Source of the DNA: an uncultured Alphaproteobacteria bacterium
GTDB taxonomy: Bacteria; Pseudomonadota; Alphaproteobacteria; Rhizobiales; Xanthobacteraceae
Assembly: GCA_963775515.1 (NCBI GenBank)
Contig: CAVZIQ010000003.1
Location: 198,308-262,307 of the forward strand
Direction of reading: 5' to 3'
DNA length: 64,000 nucleotides
Positions 26,128 to 35,721 of this stretch are shown here, one piece after another. The position numbers were made by a program, and so were the translations under genes. Position 1 is the stretch's first letter. Each line of letters opens with the position of its first letter. The notes beneath the pieces were generated by a model. The model saw only the letters and a program-made list of their open reading frames with translations, searched no databases and was not told the origin of the DNA.

Positions 26128-27450
26128 TCACGCCGGGTAAAACAGAGTCTGCGCGATCAGAACCACATTAAGACCGAGCACCAGAACCGTTGCGGTGACG
26201 GCCGCGACGCGCGTCAACATGCTGTTGGCGAACGCCCCCATGATGTCGGTCCTGCTGGTGAAAATGATGAGCGAAATCATCGGCAGCGGCAGCGCGAGGC
26301 TCAAGATCACCTGACTGATGACCAGCGCGTTGGTCGCGTTGACGCCGAGCGCAACGACGACGAAGGCCGGCACCATGGTGACGACGCGGCGGATCCAGAT
26401 CGGAATGTGAAAGCCGACGAAACCCTGCATGATCATCTGGCCCGCCATGGTGCCAACCGTCGACGCCGACACGCCCGACGCAATCAGCGAAACCAGGAAG
26501 ACCCCGGCGGCCGCGGCGCCAAGAAGCGGCGTGAGCGTGTGATAGGCGGTTTCGATCTGCGACACGTCCGGATGGCCGGCGTGAAACGCGCCCGACGCCA
26601 TCATCACCATGGCCATATTGACCAGACCGGCGACCGACAGCGCGATTACGACTTCCCTGTTCGAGAATCGTAACACCGTGCGCCGGTCGTCGTCGCTGTG
26701 AACCGGCACGCGCCCCTGAGTCAGGCCGGAATGCAAGTAGATCGCGTGCGGCATTACGGTGGCGCCGATGATGCCGACGGAAAGCAACAGCGCCTCGGCG
26801 TCGGCGATATGCGGCGTGACGGCATGGAATGCGGCGGAGGCCCAGTCGACCGGAGCGATGAACATTTCGACGACGTAGCAAAGGCAGATCACGCCGACGA
26901 TCGAACCGATGATCAGTTCGAGCGGCCGGAAGCCGAATTGCTCGCACATCAGCAGGCCGTAGGTGATGATCGCGGTGATGACCATTCCGGCAAGGAGCGG
27001 CAGGTGCAACAGCAATGACAGTCCGATGGCGCCGCCGAGGAACTCGGCGACATCCGTCGCCATGGCGGCAACCTCGCTGACCGCCCACATCGCCCACACC
27101 ACCGGGCGCGGAAATCGATCGCGGCACAATTCGGCGAGGTTGCGTCCGGTCACGATACCGAGCTTGGCCGAGAGGCCCTGGAACAGCATGGCGACCACGT
27201 TGGCGAGGAGCACGACCCAAAGCAGTCCATAGCCGTATTTCGCCCCGGCCTGGATATTGGTCGCGAAGTTTCCCGGATCCATGTAGGCGATCGAGGCGAC
27301 GATCGCCGGGCCGGCGAAGGCGAGGGCCGCGCTGACGCCGCGCCGCCCGGCGAGCGCCTGATGCGCCGTCGCGACGGTGCGTTCGGTCAACGAAGCCGAC
27401 CGTTCAAGGGTTTCGGTCACCGTCGAATCCGACATCGCTTCGCGCCGCAT
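26128..27450 (-). CDS. mntH: Nramp-family Mn2+/Fe2+:H+ symporter MntH
   Basis: 'AYMDPGNFATNIQAGAKYGY', 'MPHAIYLHSGL', 11-12 TM segments. Confidence 0.9.
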   Translation of the reverse strand: MRREAMSDSTVTETLERSASLTERTVATAHQALAGRRGVSAALAFAGPAIVASIAYMDPGNFATNIQAGAKYGYGLLWVVLLANVVAMLFQGLSAKLGIVTGRNLAELCRDRFPRPVVWAMWAVSEVAAMATDVAEFLGGAIGLSLLLHLPLLAGMVITAIITYGLLMCEQFGFRPLELIIGSIVGVICLCYVVEMFIAPVDWASAAFHAVTPHIADAEALLLSVGIIGATVMPHAIYLHSGLTQGRVPVHSDDDRRTVLRFSNREVVIALSVAGLVNMAMVMMASGAFHAGHPDVSQIETAYHTLTPLLGAAAAGVFLVSLIASGVSASTVGTMAGQMIMQGFVGFHIPIWIRRVVTMVPAFVVVALGVNATNALVISQVILSLALPLPMISLIIFTSRTDIMGAFANSMLTRVAAVTATVLVLGLNVVLIAQTLFYPA

Positions 27451-27468
27451 GCAGCAATTACATGAAAG

Positions 27469-27484
27469 TGTAGCATTGGTTACA
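27469..27484. promoter_or_regulatory. Candidate MntR operator 1
   Basis: 'TGTAGC-ATTG-GTTACA' is a TAGC-N4-GCTA-type dyad with one mismatch, in the mntH/mntR divergent region. Confidence 0.4.
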
Positions 27485-27522
27485 GTATAAGCGCGCGTCG
27501 CCTCTGGTCAATGGCTATAAGA

Positions 27523-27538
27523 TGTAGTATGAGCTACA
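27523..27538. promoter_or_regulatory. Candidate MntR operator 2
   Basis: 'TGTAGT-ATGA-GCTACA'. In addition, AAAGTGTAGC (27465-74) is the exact reverse complement of GCTACACTTT (27533-42). Confidence 0.4.
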
Positions 27539-27613
27539 CTTTGATGCCGGCAATAATTCGTGGTTGCGGCTGGCGCTCGCCATCGCGGCGCCAAAACGCG
27601 GTCTGGGTCACAC

Positions 27614-28040
27614 ATGGGCAAGCTTCCCGCCGAAGGAACCCAGGCGCGCCGTTTCGGCAAGACGCGGTCGGCGCAATCGACCGCGCTGCTTGAGGATTAC
27701 GCCGAGCTGATCGCCGATCTGCTGGAAGGCGAAGGCGAGGCGCGGCCGACCGACATCGCACGCCGGCTCGGCGTGTCGCACGCCACCGCCATCAAGACCA
27801 TTTCACGCCTCAAGCGCGCCGGACTGGCGACGGCGCGCCCCTATCGCGGGGTCTTCCTCACCGAGAAGGGGCATGCCTTGGCCGATCGCGTGCGGGTGCG
27901 CCATCGGCTGGTCGTGGATCTACTCCGCGCGCTCGGCGTGGCGACCGAAATCGGCGGAGGCCGACGCCGAGGGCATCGAGCACTACGTTTCCGAAAATAC
28001 GCTCAAAGCCTTCGCGCAGTTTCTCAAGGCGAAGGGGTGA
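27614..28040 (+). pseudogene. mntR: DtxR/MntR-family manganese regulator with a +1 frameshift near nt 27953
   Basis: 'LLEDYAELIADLLEGEGEARPTDIARRLGVSHATAIKTISRLKRAGL...RGVFLTEKG...RHRLVVDLLRALGV'. The conserved C-terminus 'AEADAEGIEHYVSENTLKAFAQFLKAKG*' then continues only in the next frame, with its stop at 28038-40. Confidence 0.75.
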
Positions 28041-28045
28041 GTCCC

Positions 28046-28145
28046 GTCATTCCGGATTGCCGCAGAGCGGCAAGTCCGGAATCCATATTCGCTGACCGGT
28101 GAGTATGGATTCCGGGCTCGACGCATCGCGTCGCCCCGGAATGAC
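28046..28145. repeat. About 100-bp nested-palindrome REP-like element (GTCATTCCGG...CCGGAATCCATA...TATGGATTCCG...CCGGAATGAC), copy A
   Basis: Read directly. A second copy at 39035-39135 has the same termini and internal dyad. Sits between convergent mntR and glmM. Confidence 0.85.
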
Positions 28146-28147
28146 GA

Positions 28148-29491
<1,344 letters not shown>

Positions 29492-29658
29492 AATAAGGGG
29501 CCCCACCGCCTGCCGTTACAGCGATACTAGCCCGTTCCCCGTCTCAACTGGTTCAAAAAATATTGGGTAATCTTACTGCCCGATGCAACGATCCATTCAT
29601 CATAACGACAAGCGATATCAAAGCGATACGCCTTAATCGGGCGGCCGGATGGAACTCG

Positions 29659-29883
29659 TTAGCGCCGCTTTGCCTCGTTCTTATCGTAGATGCTGCCGGG
29701 CGGCTGGGTGACGGAAACCGGGTCCGAGCCCGGAAAAGTGTCCTCCAAACCGCGCTCAAGCGCGTCATCGAGCTGTTCACGCCGCTGGTCCTCGGTGCGC
29801 GACTTGCCGTCGCGACACTTCTGGTCGCGCTGAAAACGGGCGGCATCGGGTTGCAGCGATCAATTCCCGTTCCATTCATCCAT
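29659..29883 (-). pseudogene. Small conserved-looking ORF (74 codons) interrupted by an in-frame TGA at codon 8
   Basis: Hand translation 'MDEWNGN*SLQPDAARFQRDQKCRDGKSRTEDQRREQLDDALERGLEDTFPGSDPVSVTQPPGSIYDKNEAKRR'. Strong GC3 bias. Carries the 'E-D-T-F-P-x-S-D-P' motif seen in small alphaproteobacterial proteins. No ATG/GTG/TTG until far downstream of the TGA (the first is a TTG about 37 codons later). Confidence 0.5.
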
Positions 29884-30022
29884 GGTGCGCGTCTCGCCTG
29901 GTTTGGGGTGCAACACTAAATCCTGCTGCCTACAACAACGGTTTGCGAGGGCCGCCGTTCCCTGCGCATCCGCGCCAGCGCTTTGTGCTATCAATGGCGG
30001 GCTCAAGAGCTGGGAACCTCTC

Positions 30023-31162
30023 ATGAAGACCATGACCTGCATCGAGGATCTGCGGCAGGCCGCCCACCGCAGGGTGCCGCGCGCGTTTATCGATTACGCG
30101 GAAGCCGGCTCGTACGCCGAAGAGACGCTGCGCGCCAACCGGGCCGACCTCGAACGGATCAAGCTGCGCCAGCGCATCCTGTTTGACGTCGCCGATCGCA
30201 GCACCAAGACCACCATCCTCGGCGAGGCCGCCGCGCTGCCGCTCGCGCTGGCGCCGATCGGGCTCTGCGGCATGCAGCATGGCGACGGCGAAATCCTGGC
30301 CTGTCGCGCCGCGCAGCAAGCGGGCATTCCATTCACGCTGTCGACGATGTCGATCTGCTCGATCGAAGACGTCGCTGCGGCCGTCGACAAGCCGTTCTGG
30401 TTCCAGCTCTATGTCATGAAGGACCGCGGCTATATTCGTGCGCTGATCGAGCGCGCCGCCGCCGCCAAATGCAGCGCTCTCGTTCTCACCGTCGACCTTC
30501 AGGTGATCGGACAGCGCCACCAGGACATCAGGAACGGCATGACCGTTCCGCCGCAAATCCGCATCAAGAACCTGATCGATATCGCCACCAAGCCGGCCTG
30601 GGCGCTGAGCGTCGCCCGCGGCAAGCGCAAAACCTTCGGCAATATTGCCGGCTACTATCCCGGCATGAGCAACGTCACCGTACTGTCGAAGTGGATTTCC
30701 GAGCAGTTCGATCCGACGCTGAGCTGGAAGGACGTCGAGTGGATCAAGAGCCTGTGGCCCGGCAAGCTGATCCTCAAAGGCGTTCTCGACCTCGAGGACG
30801 CCCGCATTGCCGCCAAGAGCGGAGCGGCGGCGCTCGTCGTTTCCAATCACGGCGGCCGGCAGCTTGACGGCGCGTCATCCTCGATTGCCATGCTGCCGGC
30901 AATCGCGGATGCGCTGGGTTCCGATATCGAGATCATGTTCGACGGCGGCATCCGTTCCGGCCAGGACATCATGCGCGCGATCGCGTTCGGCGCACGCTCG
31001 TGCCTGAGCGGCCGCGCCTACGTTTACGGGCTCGGTGCCGGCGGACAGGCCGGCGTCGCGCGCGCCATCGAGATCATGCGCAACGAACTCGACGTCTGCA
31101 TGGCGCTGACCGGGGTCACCAGCATCGCCCAGATCGATCGCCGCGTGATCGCGACGATGTAG
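30023..31162 (+). CDS. FMN-dependent alpha-hydroxy-acid dehydrogenase (L-lactate dehydrogenase LldD-like)
   Basis: 'RVPRAFIDYAEAGSYAEETLRAN', 'VVSNHGGRQLDG', 'DGGIRSGQD'. Start at the internal ATG at 30023. Confidence 0.88.
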   Translation: MKTMTCIEDLRQAAHRRVPRAFIDYAEAGSYAEETLRANRADLERIKLRQRILFDVADRSTKTTILGEAAALPLALAPIGLCGMQHGDGEILACRAAQQAGIPFTLSTMSICSIEDVAAAVDKPFWFQLYVMKDRGYIRALIERAAAAKCSALVLTVDLQVIGQRHQDIRNGMTVPPQIRIKNLIDIATKPAWALSVARGKRKTFGNIAGYYPGMSNVTVLSKWISEQFDPTLSWKDVEWIKSLWPGKLILKGVLDLEDARIAAKSGAAALVVSNHGGRQLDGASSSIAMLPAIADALGSDIEIMFDGGIRSGQDIMRAIAFGARSCLSGRAYVYGLGAGGQAGVARAIEIMRNELDVCMALTGVTSIAQIDRRVIATM

Positions 31163-31196
31163 TTTGCCGTTGCGCCGCCAAAGCGGCGCTGCCGGT

Positions 31197-31805
31197 TCAC
31201 ATCGGCGGCGTGAGGCCGTCGAGCCCGACATTGATCCGCGGCGCCAGGATTGTGCCGTCGGGCTGCTTCGTGCCGGCAGCGACGAAGATTTTTGCGCCCG
31301 GCGTGAGTTCGGCCACAGTCCCGGGCACAAATGTCACAACGACGGCATTCGCCGGCACAATAAAGGTCTTTTCGCCGTCCTTGTATTTCAGCACCAGCTT
31401 TTGGCCGTCGCTGAGAGCGACTTCGCTATCGACCGTCGCATTGGTCATGGTGCTGTTGGGCATCAGATCCCACGGGCGGTGACCTTCGCCGGTGCCGCGC
31501 ATCGCTTCCGGGAAAATGTGAATCTCGACGGCTTTCTCGGTTCCGTCGGGCTGCGGCATCGCGGTGATGCCGACGAAACCGCCTTGCTTGACGTTGGCCA
31601 GCGAAGACTTGGCGATGCCGACCACCGTTGCATTGTCGGCAAGCTTCACCGTCACCTTGGAGCCGTCGCGCGCCGTCACGTTCAGCGTCGAACCGTTGAC
31701 GCTGTCGATTGCGCCGCGGACGCGTGCCGGCGCTTGCGCCAGCGCCGAAGTAGCCGCGAAAGCGGCAACGAACGCGACCGCAACCGGCAATGCCATTCTT
31801 CTCAT
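31197..31805 (-). CDS. Secreted protein of unknown function, paralog A
   Basis: GGAGGA Shine-Dalgarno before the ATG at 31805. Signal peptide. Shares 'MPQPDG..KAV...IFPEA.RG.GEGHRPWD..PNSTMTNATVD' with the neighbouring gene. Confidence 0.7.
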   Translation of the reverse strand: MRRMALPVAVAFVAAFAATSALAQAPARVRGAIDSVNGSTLNVTARDGSKVTVKLADNATVVGIAKSSLANVKQGGFVGITAMPQPDGTEKAVEIHIFPEAMRGTGEGHRPWDLMPNSTMTNATVDSEVALSDGQKLVLKYKDGEKTFIVPANAVVVTFVPGTVAELTPGAKIFVAAGTKQPDGTILAPRINVGLDGLTPPM

Positions 31806-31830
31806 GTCATCCTCCACCGATCTGTCCGCG

Positions 31831-32439
31831 CTACCGCCAAACGCCGTAATCGCCGAATTGGACGTTTGGCGCCTCTAGCGAGCCGTCCGGAAGTTTCTTT
31901 GCGGCGGGAATCAAGATTTTTTCGCCCGGTTTCAGATCGGCGATCGTTTTCTTCGCCAAAGTGGTGATCTCGGTTGTCGGCGTTACGATAATCTTCTGCT
32001 CGCCGTCCTTGTATTTCACCGTGAGAATTTGGCCGTCGACGCCGGCAACCTCGTTGTCGACGGTCGCATTCGTCATCGTGCTGTTGGGTTCATAGTCCCA
32101 TGGCCGATGACCTTCGCCGAGGCCGCGCAGAGCTTCCGGAAATATGACCACCGTCACGGCCTTTTGGCTGCCGTCGGGCTGTGGCATGCCTGTGACCGCG
32201 ACATATGAGTTTGGCTTGATGTCAGCGAGGGATGCCTTCACGACCTCGTTCGCCGGCGCGTTGTCGGCAAGCTTGATCTTCATCTCTGTGCCGTCGCGCG
32301 ATTTTGCCGTCAGCATCGAGCCATCGACGCTTTCGATGGTGGCGCGTACGCGCACCATTTGCGGCGCCTGCGCCAATGCAAGCGAAGCGCCGAACAGCAG
32401 CGCCAGGGCGCCTACAGCCGTGATCTTGAACCGGGTCAT
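31831..32439 (-). CDS. Secreted protein of unknown function, paralog B
   Basis: GGGAGGAG Shine-Dalgarno before the ATG at 32439. Signal peptide 'MTRFKITAVGALALLFGASLALA'. Collinear with paralog A. Confidence 0.7.
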   Translation of the reverse strand: MTRFKITAVGALALLFGASLALAQAPQMVRVRATIESVDGSMLTAKSRDGTEMKIKLADNAPANEVVKASLADIKPNSYVAVTGMPQPDGSQKAVTVVIFPEALRGLGEGHRPWDYEPNSTMTNATVDNEVAGVDGQILTVKYKDGEQKIIVTPTTEITTLAKKTIADLKPGEKILIPAAKKLPDGSLEAPNVQFGDYGVWR

Positions 32440-32500
32440 CGTCACTCCTCCCAACGCGCCTCGGATCGAGGGCACGGGTTACAACCCCGCTGATACAACC

Positions 32501-33355
32501 TTATTCCGCGGTAGCCGCCCGGGGAAGGGATAGGTCGGCCTCAAGCAGCGCGCGCAGCTCCGCCGTTACTTCGGGCTTTTTTCCGAACCACAGCAAAAAT
32601 CCGCCCACGGCCTGATGCATCAGCATACCAAGCCCGTCGGCGGTGCGTAGTTCTCGCGCCCGCGCCGCGCGGATGAGCGGCGTGACAAGCGGCCAATAAA
32701 CCAGATCGGCGACAATGGCGTGACCGGGCAGCCGCCCAATTTCGAGCGTGAGTTCCGGTTGCCCGGCCATGCCGAGCGTCGTCGTGTTCACGACGAGGGC
32801 CGCATTGTCGAGCGCCGCATTGCGTTCGTCCCAGCGGGCCGGATGGACCCGCGCGCCAAAGCGTTCATGCAAGGCCTCGGCGCGCCGCTGCGTCCGGTTG
32901 GCGACGACGATGCGGTCGATGCCGCGTTCGAGCAGCGCATAAACCACCGCGTGCGCGGCGCCGCCGGCGCCGAGCACGACGGCTTGGCCCGAACCGCGAT
33001 CCCAGCCGGGCGCGCCGGCGTCGAGATTGTTCCGAAAACCTTCGACGTCGGTATTGGTCGAGCGCAGCACGCCGTCGAGCCACAGCGTATTGGCGGCGCC
33101 GACGGCGCGCGCGCGCTCGTCGGGCTGCGACCAGGCGAGCGCCGCTTCCTTATGCGGCACCGTGACATTGGCGCCGACATAGCCGCGCGCGGCCAGCGAT
33201 TGCAGGAAGTCGGGAAATTGATCGGGCGGCACCGCCTCGCGCCGGTATGCGCCGGGGATGCGGTAGGTCTTCAGCCAATAATTATGAATGAGCGGCGAGC
33301 GCGAATGTCCGATAGGCCAGCCGACGACGCAAGCCGCTCGCGCCGGCGTGGTCAC
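32501..33355 (-). CDS. aroE: Shikimate dehydrogenase
   Basis: 'VVGWPIGHSRSPLIHNYW', 'NVTVPHKEAA', 'VLGAGGAAHAVVYAL'. The GTG start at 33355 overlaps the upstream gene's stop (GTGA). Confidence 0.85.
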   Translation of the reverse strand: MTTPARAACVVGWPIGHSRSPLIHNYWLKTYRIPGAYRREAVPPDQFPDFLQSLAARGYVGANVTVPHKEAALAWSQPDERARAVGAANTLWLDGVLRSTNTDVEGFRNNLDAGAPGWDRGSGQAVVLGAGGAAHAVVYALLERGIDRIVVANRTQRRAEALHERFGARVHPARWDERNAALDNAALVVNTTTLGMAGQPELTLEIGRLPGHAIVADLVYWPLVTPLIRAARARELRTADGLGMLMHQAVGGFLLWFGKKPEVTAELRALLEADLSLPRAATAE

Positions 33356-34197
33356 GCCTCGTCCACCACGGTGTTGCGCAGCACGCCGATGTCCGGACAC
33401 TCGACCTCGATGGTGTCGCCGGGCTTGAGCCACACCGGCGGGTCCGCTTTCGTTTTCTTGACCGGCGTGCCGGTGCAGATGACGTCGCCGGCCTTGAGCG
33501 TCATGAAGCTCGTCGTGTAGGCGATGATATCGGCGAACGAGAAGATCATGCTCGCCGTGGTGTCATCCTGGGTCACTTCGCCGTTCTTGCGCACGACGAG
33601 GTGCAGCGGCTTGCCAAGGTCGAACTCGGTTTGGATCCACGGCCCGATGCCGCCGGTGGCGTCGAAATTCTTGCCTTGGGTGACGTTGAACTGGCCGTGA
33701 CGCGTCCAATCGCGGATGGTGCCTTCATTGGCAAGGGTAATGCCGGCGACGACGTCGTGCGCGCGGTCCTTCGCCACGTGCTTGCAGTCGCGGCCGATCA
33801 CGATCGCGATCTCGCCTTCGTAGTCGAGCTGTTCGGAGATTTTCGGGCGTACCAGACTTTGCCCCGAGCCGACCAGCGAGTTCGGCGCGCGATAGAACAT
33901 GCTCGGATATTTCGGATTGTTGGTGACATTATAATCCGCGCCGCGGTTGGCATAGTTGATGCCGATGCAGAGGATTTTCTCCGGCGCCGGCAACGGCGCC
34001 AGCAGTTCGACTTCGGCGAGCGTGACGTCGGGACGCACGCCGGTCGAGGCGGCCTTGGCCTGATCGAGTGCTTGGGCGCGAAACACCTCGCTCAGCGTTT
34101 GGAAGCGGTGCAGCCGCGGCCGCAGATCGACAATGCCGTCGCTGACGACCGCACCGAAACTCGGCCGGCCGCGCAAGGCATAGCTGGCAAGGCGCAT
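33352..34197 (-). CDS. Fumarylacetoacetate hydrolase (FAH) family protein
   Basis: 'LDYEGEIAIVIGR', 'GKNFDATGGIGPW', 'LKAGDVICTGTP'. Confidence 0.85.
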   Translation of the reverse strand: MRLASYALRGRPSFGAVVSDGIVDLRPRLHRFQTLSEVFRAQALDQAKAASTGVRPDVTLAEVELLAPLPAPEKILCIGINYANRGADYNVTNNPKYPSMFYRAPNSLVGSGQSLVRPKISEQLDYEGEIAIVIGRDCKHVAKDRAHDVVAGITLANEGTIRDWTRHGQFNVTQGKNFDATGGIGPWIQTEFDLGKPLHLVVRKNGEVTQDDTTASMIFSFADIIAYTTSFMTLKAGDVICTGTPVKKTKADPPVWLKPGDTIEVECPDIGVLRNTVVDEA

Positions 34198-34295
34198 CTG
34201 TTCTCTCCCGCGCGGTCATAAATGGCCGGCAATCGGCCTTCCGCGATTCGGCCGATGTGTTAGAAGTCGGCGGACGCACCGTCAACGGCCAAACC

Positions 34296-35208
34296 GTGAA
34301 ATCTCTTTTCCTCGACTGCAACGATCAGCTTGCGCCGGTATGGCAGCAGGTGTTTGGCGCCGGCGACCCGCCGATCGACGTCAACCGCAAAGCGTTCGAG
34401 CAAAGCGAGCTGCCGCGCGTGCTCGAGGGTTACGACATCTGTATCGACGATCATTCTTACATGCCGACGCCGCTGGTCGACCGTTGTGCCGCGCTGAAGC
34501 ACATCGTCTTTCTGGGGACCGGACCCGCGAGCTACATGAGTTCTCGCCGACATGGCGGCGCGCGGCATAAAGGTTCACGTCATCAGGAACTACGGCGACA
34601 CGGCGGTCGCCGAGCACACCATTGCGCTGCTCCTTGCCTCTTGCCGCGATATCGCGCGGATGGACCGCGAGGTGCGCGGCGGCACCTGGATTCCACACGA
34701 CGGCGTGCAGCTTCTGGGCAAGACGCTGGGCGTGATCGGCCTCGGCGGCATCGGGCGTGAAGTGCTGCGGCTTGGCCGCGGATTGGGCATGGAAGTAGTC
34801 GCCTGGAACCGCACGCCGCAGGCGGGCGCACCGCTGGTGCCGCTCGACGAATTGCTGGCGCGGTCCGACGCTATCTCGATGAATCTGACGCTCAACGACG
34901 AGACCCGCGGCTTTCTCGGCCCGGCGCAATTCGCGGCGATGAAACCCGGCGTGATTTTCGTCAATACCGCGCGGGCCGGTTTGGTCGATGAAGCGGCCTT
35001 CATCGAAGCGCTGCGATCGGGCCGCATCCGCCATGCCGGCCTCGATGTCTTTCACGCCGAGCCGCTGAGAACCGCCAACCCGCTCGCGCGCATGGAAAAT
35101 GTCACGCTCACGGCGCACGCCGCGTTCCGCACGCCGGAAGCCTCGATGACGCTGTTGCGCCGCGCCATCGACATCGTGCGCGACATCCTGGACAATGCGA
35201 AGCGCTAA
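34296..35208 (+). pseudogene. D-isomer-specific 2-hydroxyacid dehydrogenase with a frameshift near nt 34540
   Basis: The N-terminal substrate domain ('KHIVFLGTGPASYMS') is in frame 0 (ORF 34257..34760). The NAD domain ('LADMAARGIKVHVIRNYGDTAVAEH...GVIGLGGIGREV...') is in frame +1 (ORF 34552..35208). Deleting one T in AGTTCTC restores a single ORF. Confidence 0.7.
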
Positions 35209-35226
35209 GACCATTGCGGATCGACG

Positions 35227-35721
35227 ATGGGCCAACGCCACCTCGACATCGGCATGAGCGTGAATGGCGAGGACGTGCGCGAGCGCGTCGAGGCCCGCAA
35301 GACCTTGGTCGATTTCTTGCGCGACGATTTGGGTTTGACCGGCAGCCATATCGGCTGCGAGCACGGCGTGTGCGGCGCCTGCACGGTGCTGGTCGACGGC
35401 GAGGTGGTGCGCGGCTGCCTCGTTCTTGCGGTGCAATGCGACGGCGCCGCGGTCGAAACCGTCGAAGGCATCTCGGATTCCGGCATTATTGCCGATCTTC
35501 AGGAGGCCTTCCAAAAGCGCAACGCGCTGCAATGCGGCTTTTGCACGCCCGGCATGCTGATCGGCGCCCAGGCACTTTTGTCCCGCGGCGGCATTCCGAG
35601 TCGTGATATGATCCGCGAACACCTGTCCGGCAATTACTGCCGCTGTACCGGGTACCAGGCCATCGTCGACGCCATCGAGTCCACAGCCCAAATGCGGGCG
35701 GCAAAGGCAGCCACATCATGA
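35227..35721 (+). CDS. [2Fe-2S] small subunit of a xanthine dehydrogenase/CO dehydrogenase-family molybdoenzyme (CoxS-like)
   Basis: 'GCEHGVCGACTVLVDGEVVRGC' and 'CGFCTPGML...CRCTGY'. Confidence 0.9.
   Translation: MGQRHLDIGMSVNGEDVRERVEARKTLVDFLRDDLGLTGSHIGCEHGVCGACTVLVDGEVVRGCLVLAVQCDGAAVETVEGISDSGIIADLQEAFQKRNALQCGFCTPGMLIGAQALLSRGGIPSRDMIREHLSGNYCRCTGYQAIVDAIESTAQMRAAKAATS

Noticed and set aside
27560-28102. The listed 180-aa ORF as the intact mntR product.
   Set aside because: Its last ~50 residues are Arg/Gly-rich and run into the REP element. The conserved MntR C-terminus is in the adjacent frame. The upstream extension before the ATG at 27614 overlaps the operator region.
29860-29862. 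Reading the in-frame TGA as selenocysteine.
   Set aside because: I could not identify a SECIS-like hairpin immediately downstream, and no selenoprotein context is present. A nonsense mutation, a sequencing error or an alternative start is more parsimonious.
29553-29919. Track ORFs 29553..29879(-) (108 aa) and 29563..29919(+) (118 aa) as real genes.
   Set aside because: Their translations are Arg/Ser/Ala-rich and featureless. A third frame on the minus strand has much better coding character and a recognisable C-terminal motif (see the finding at 29659-29883).
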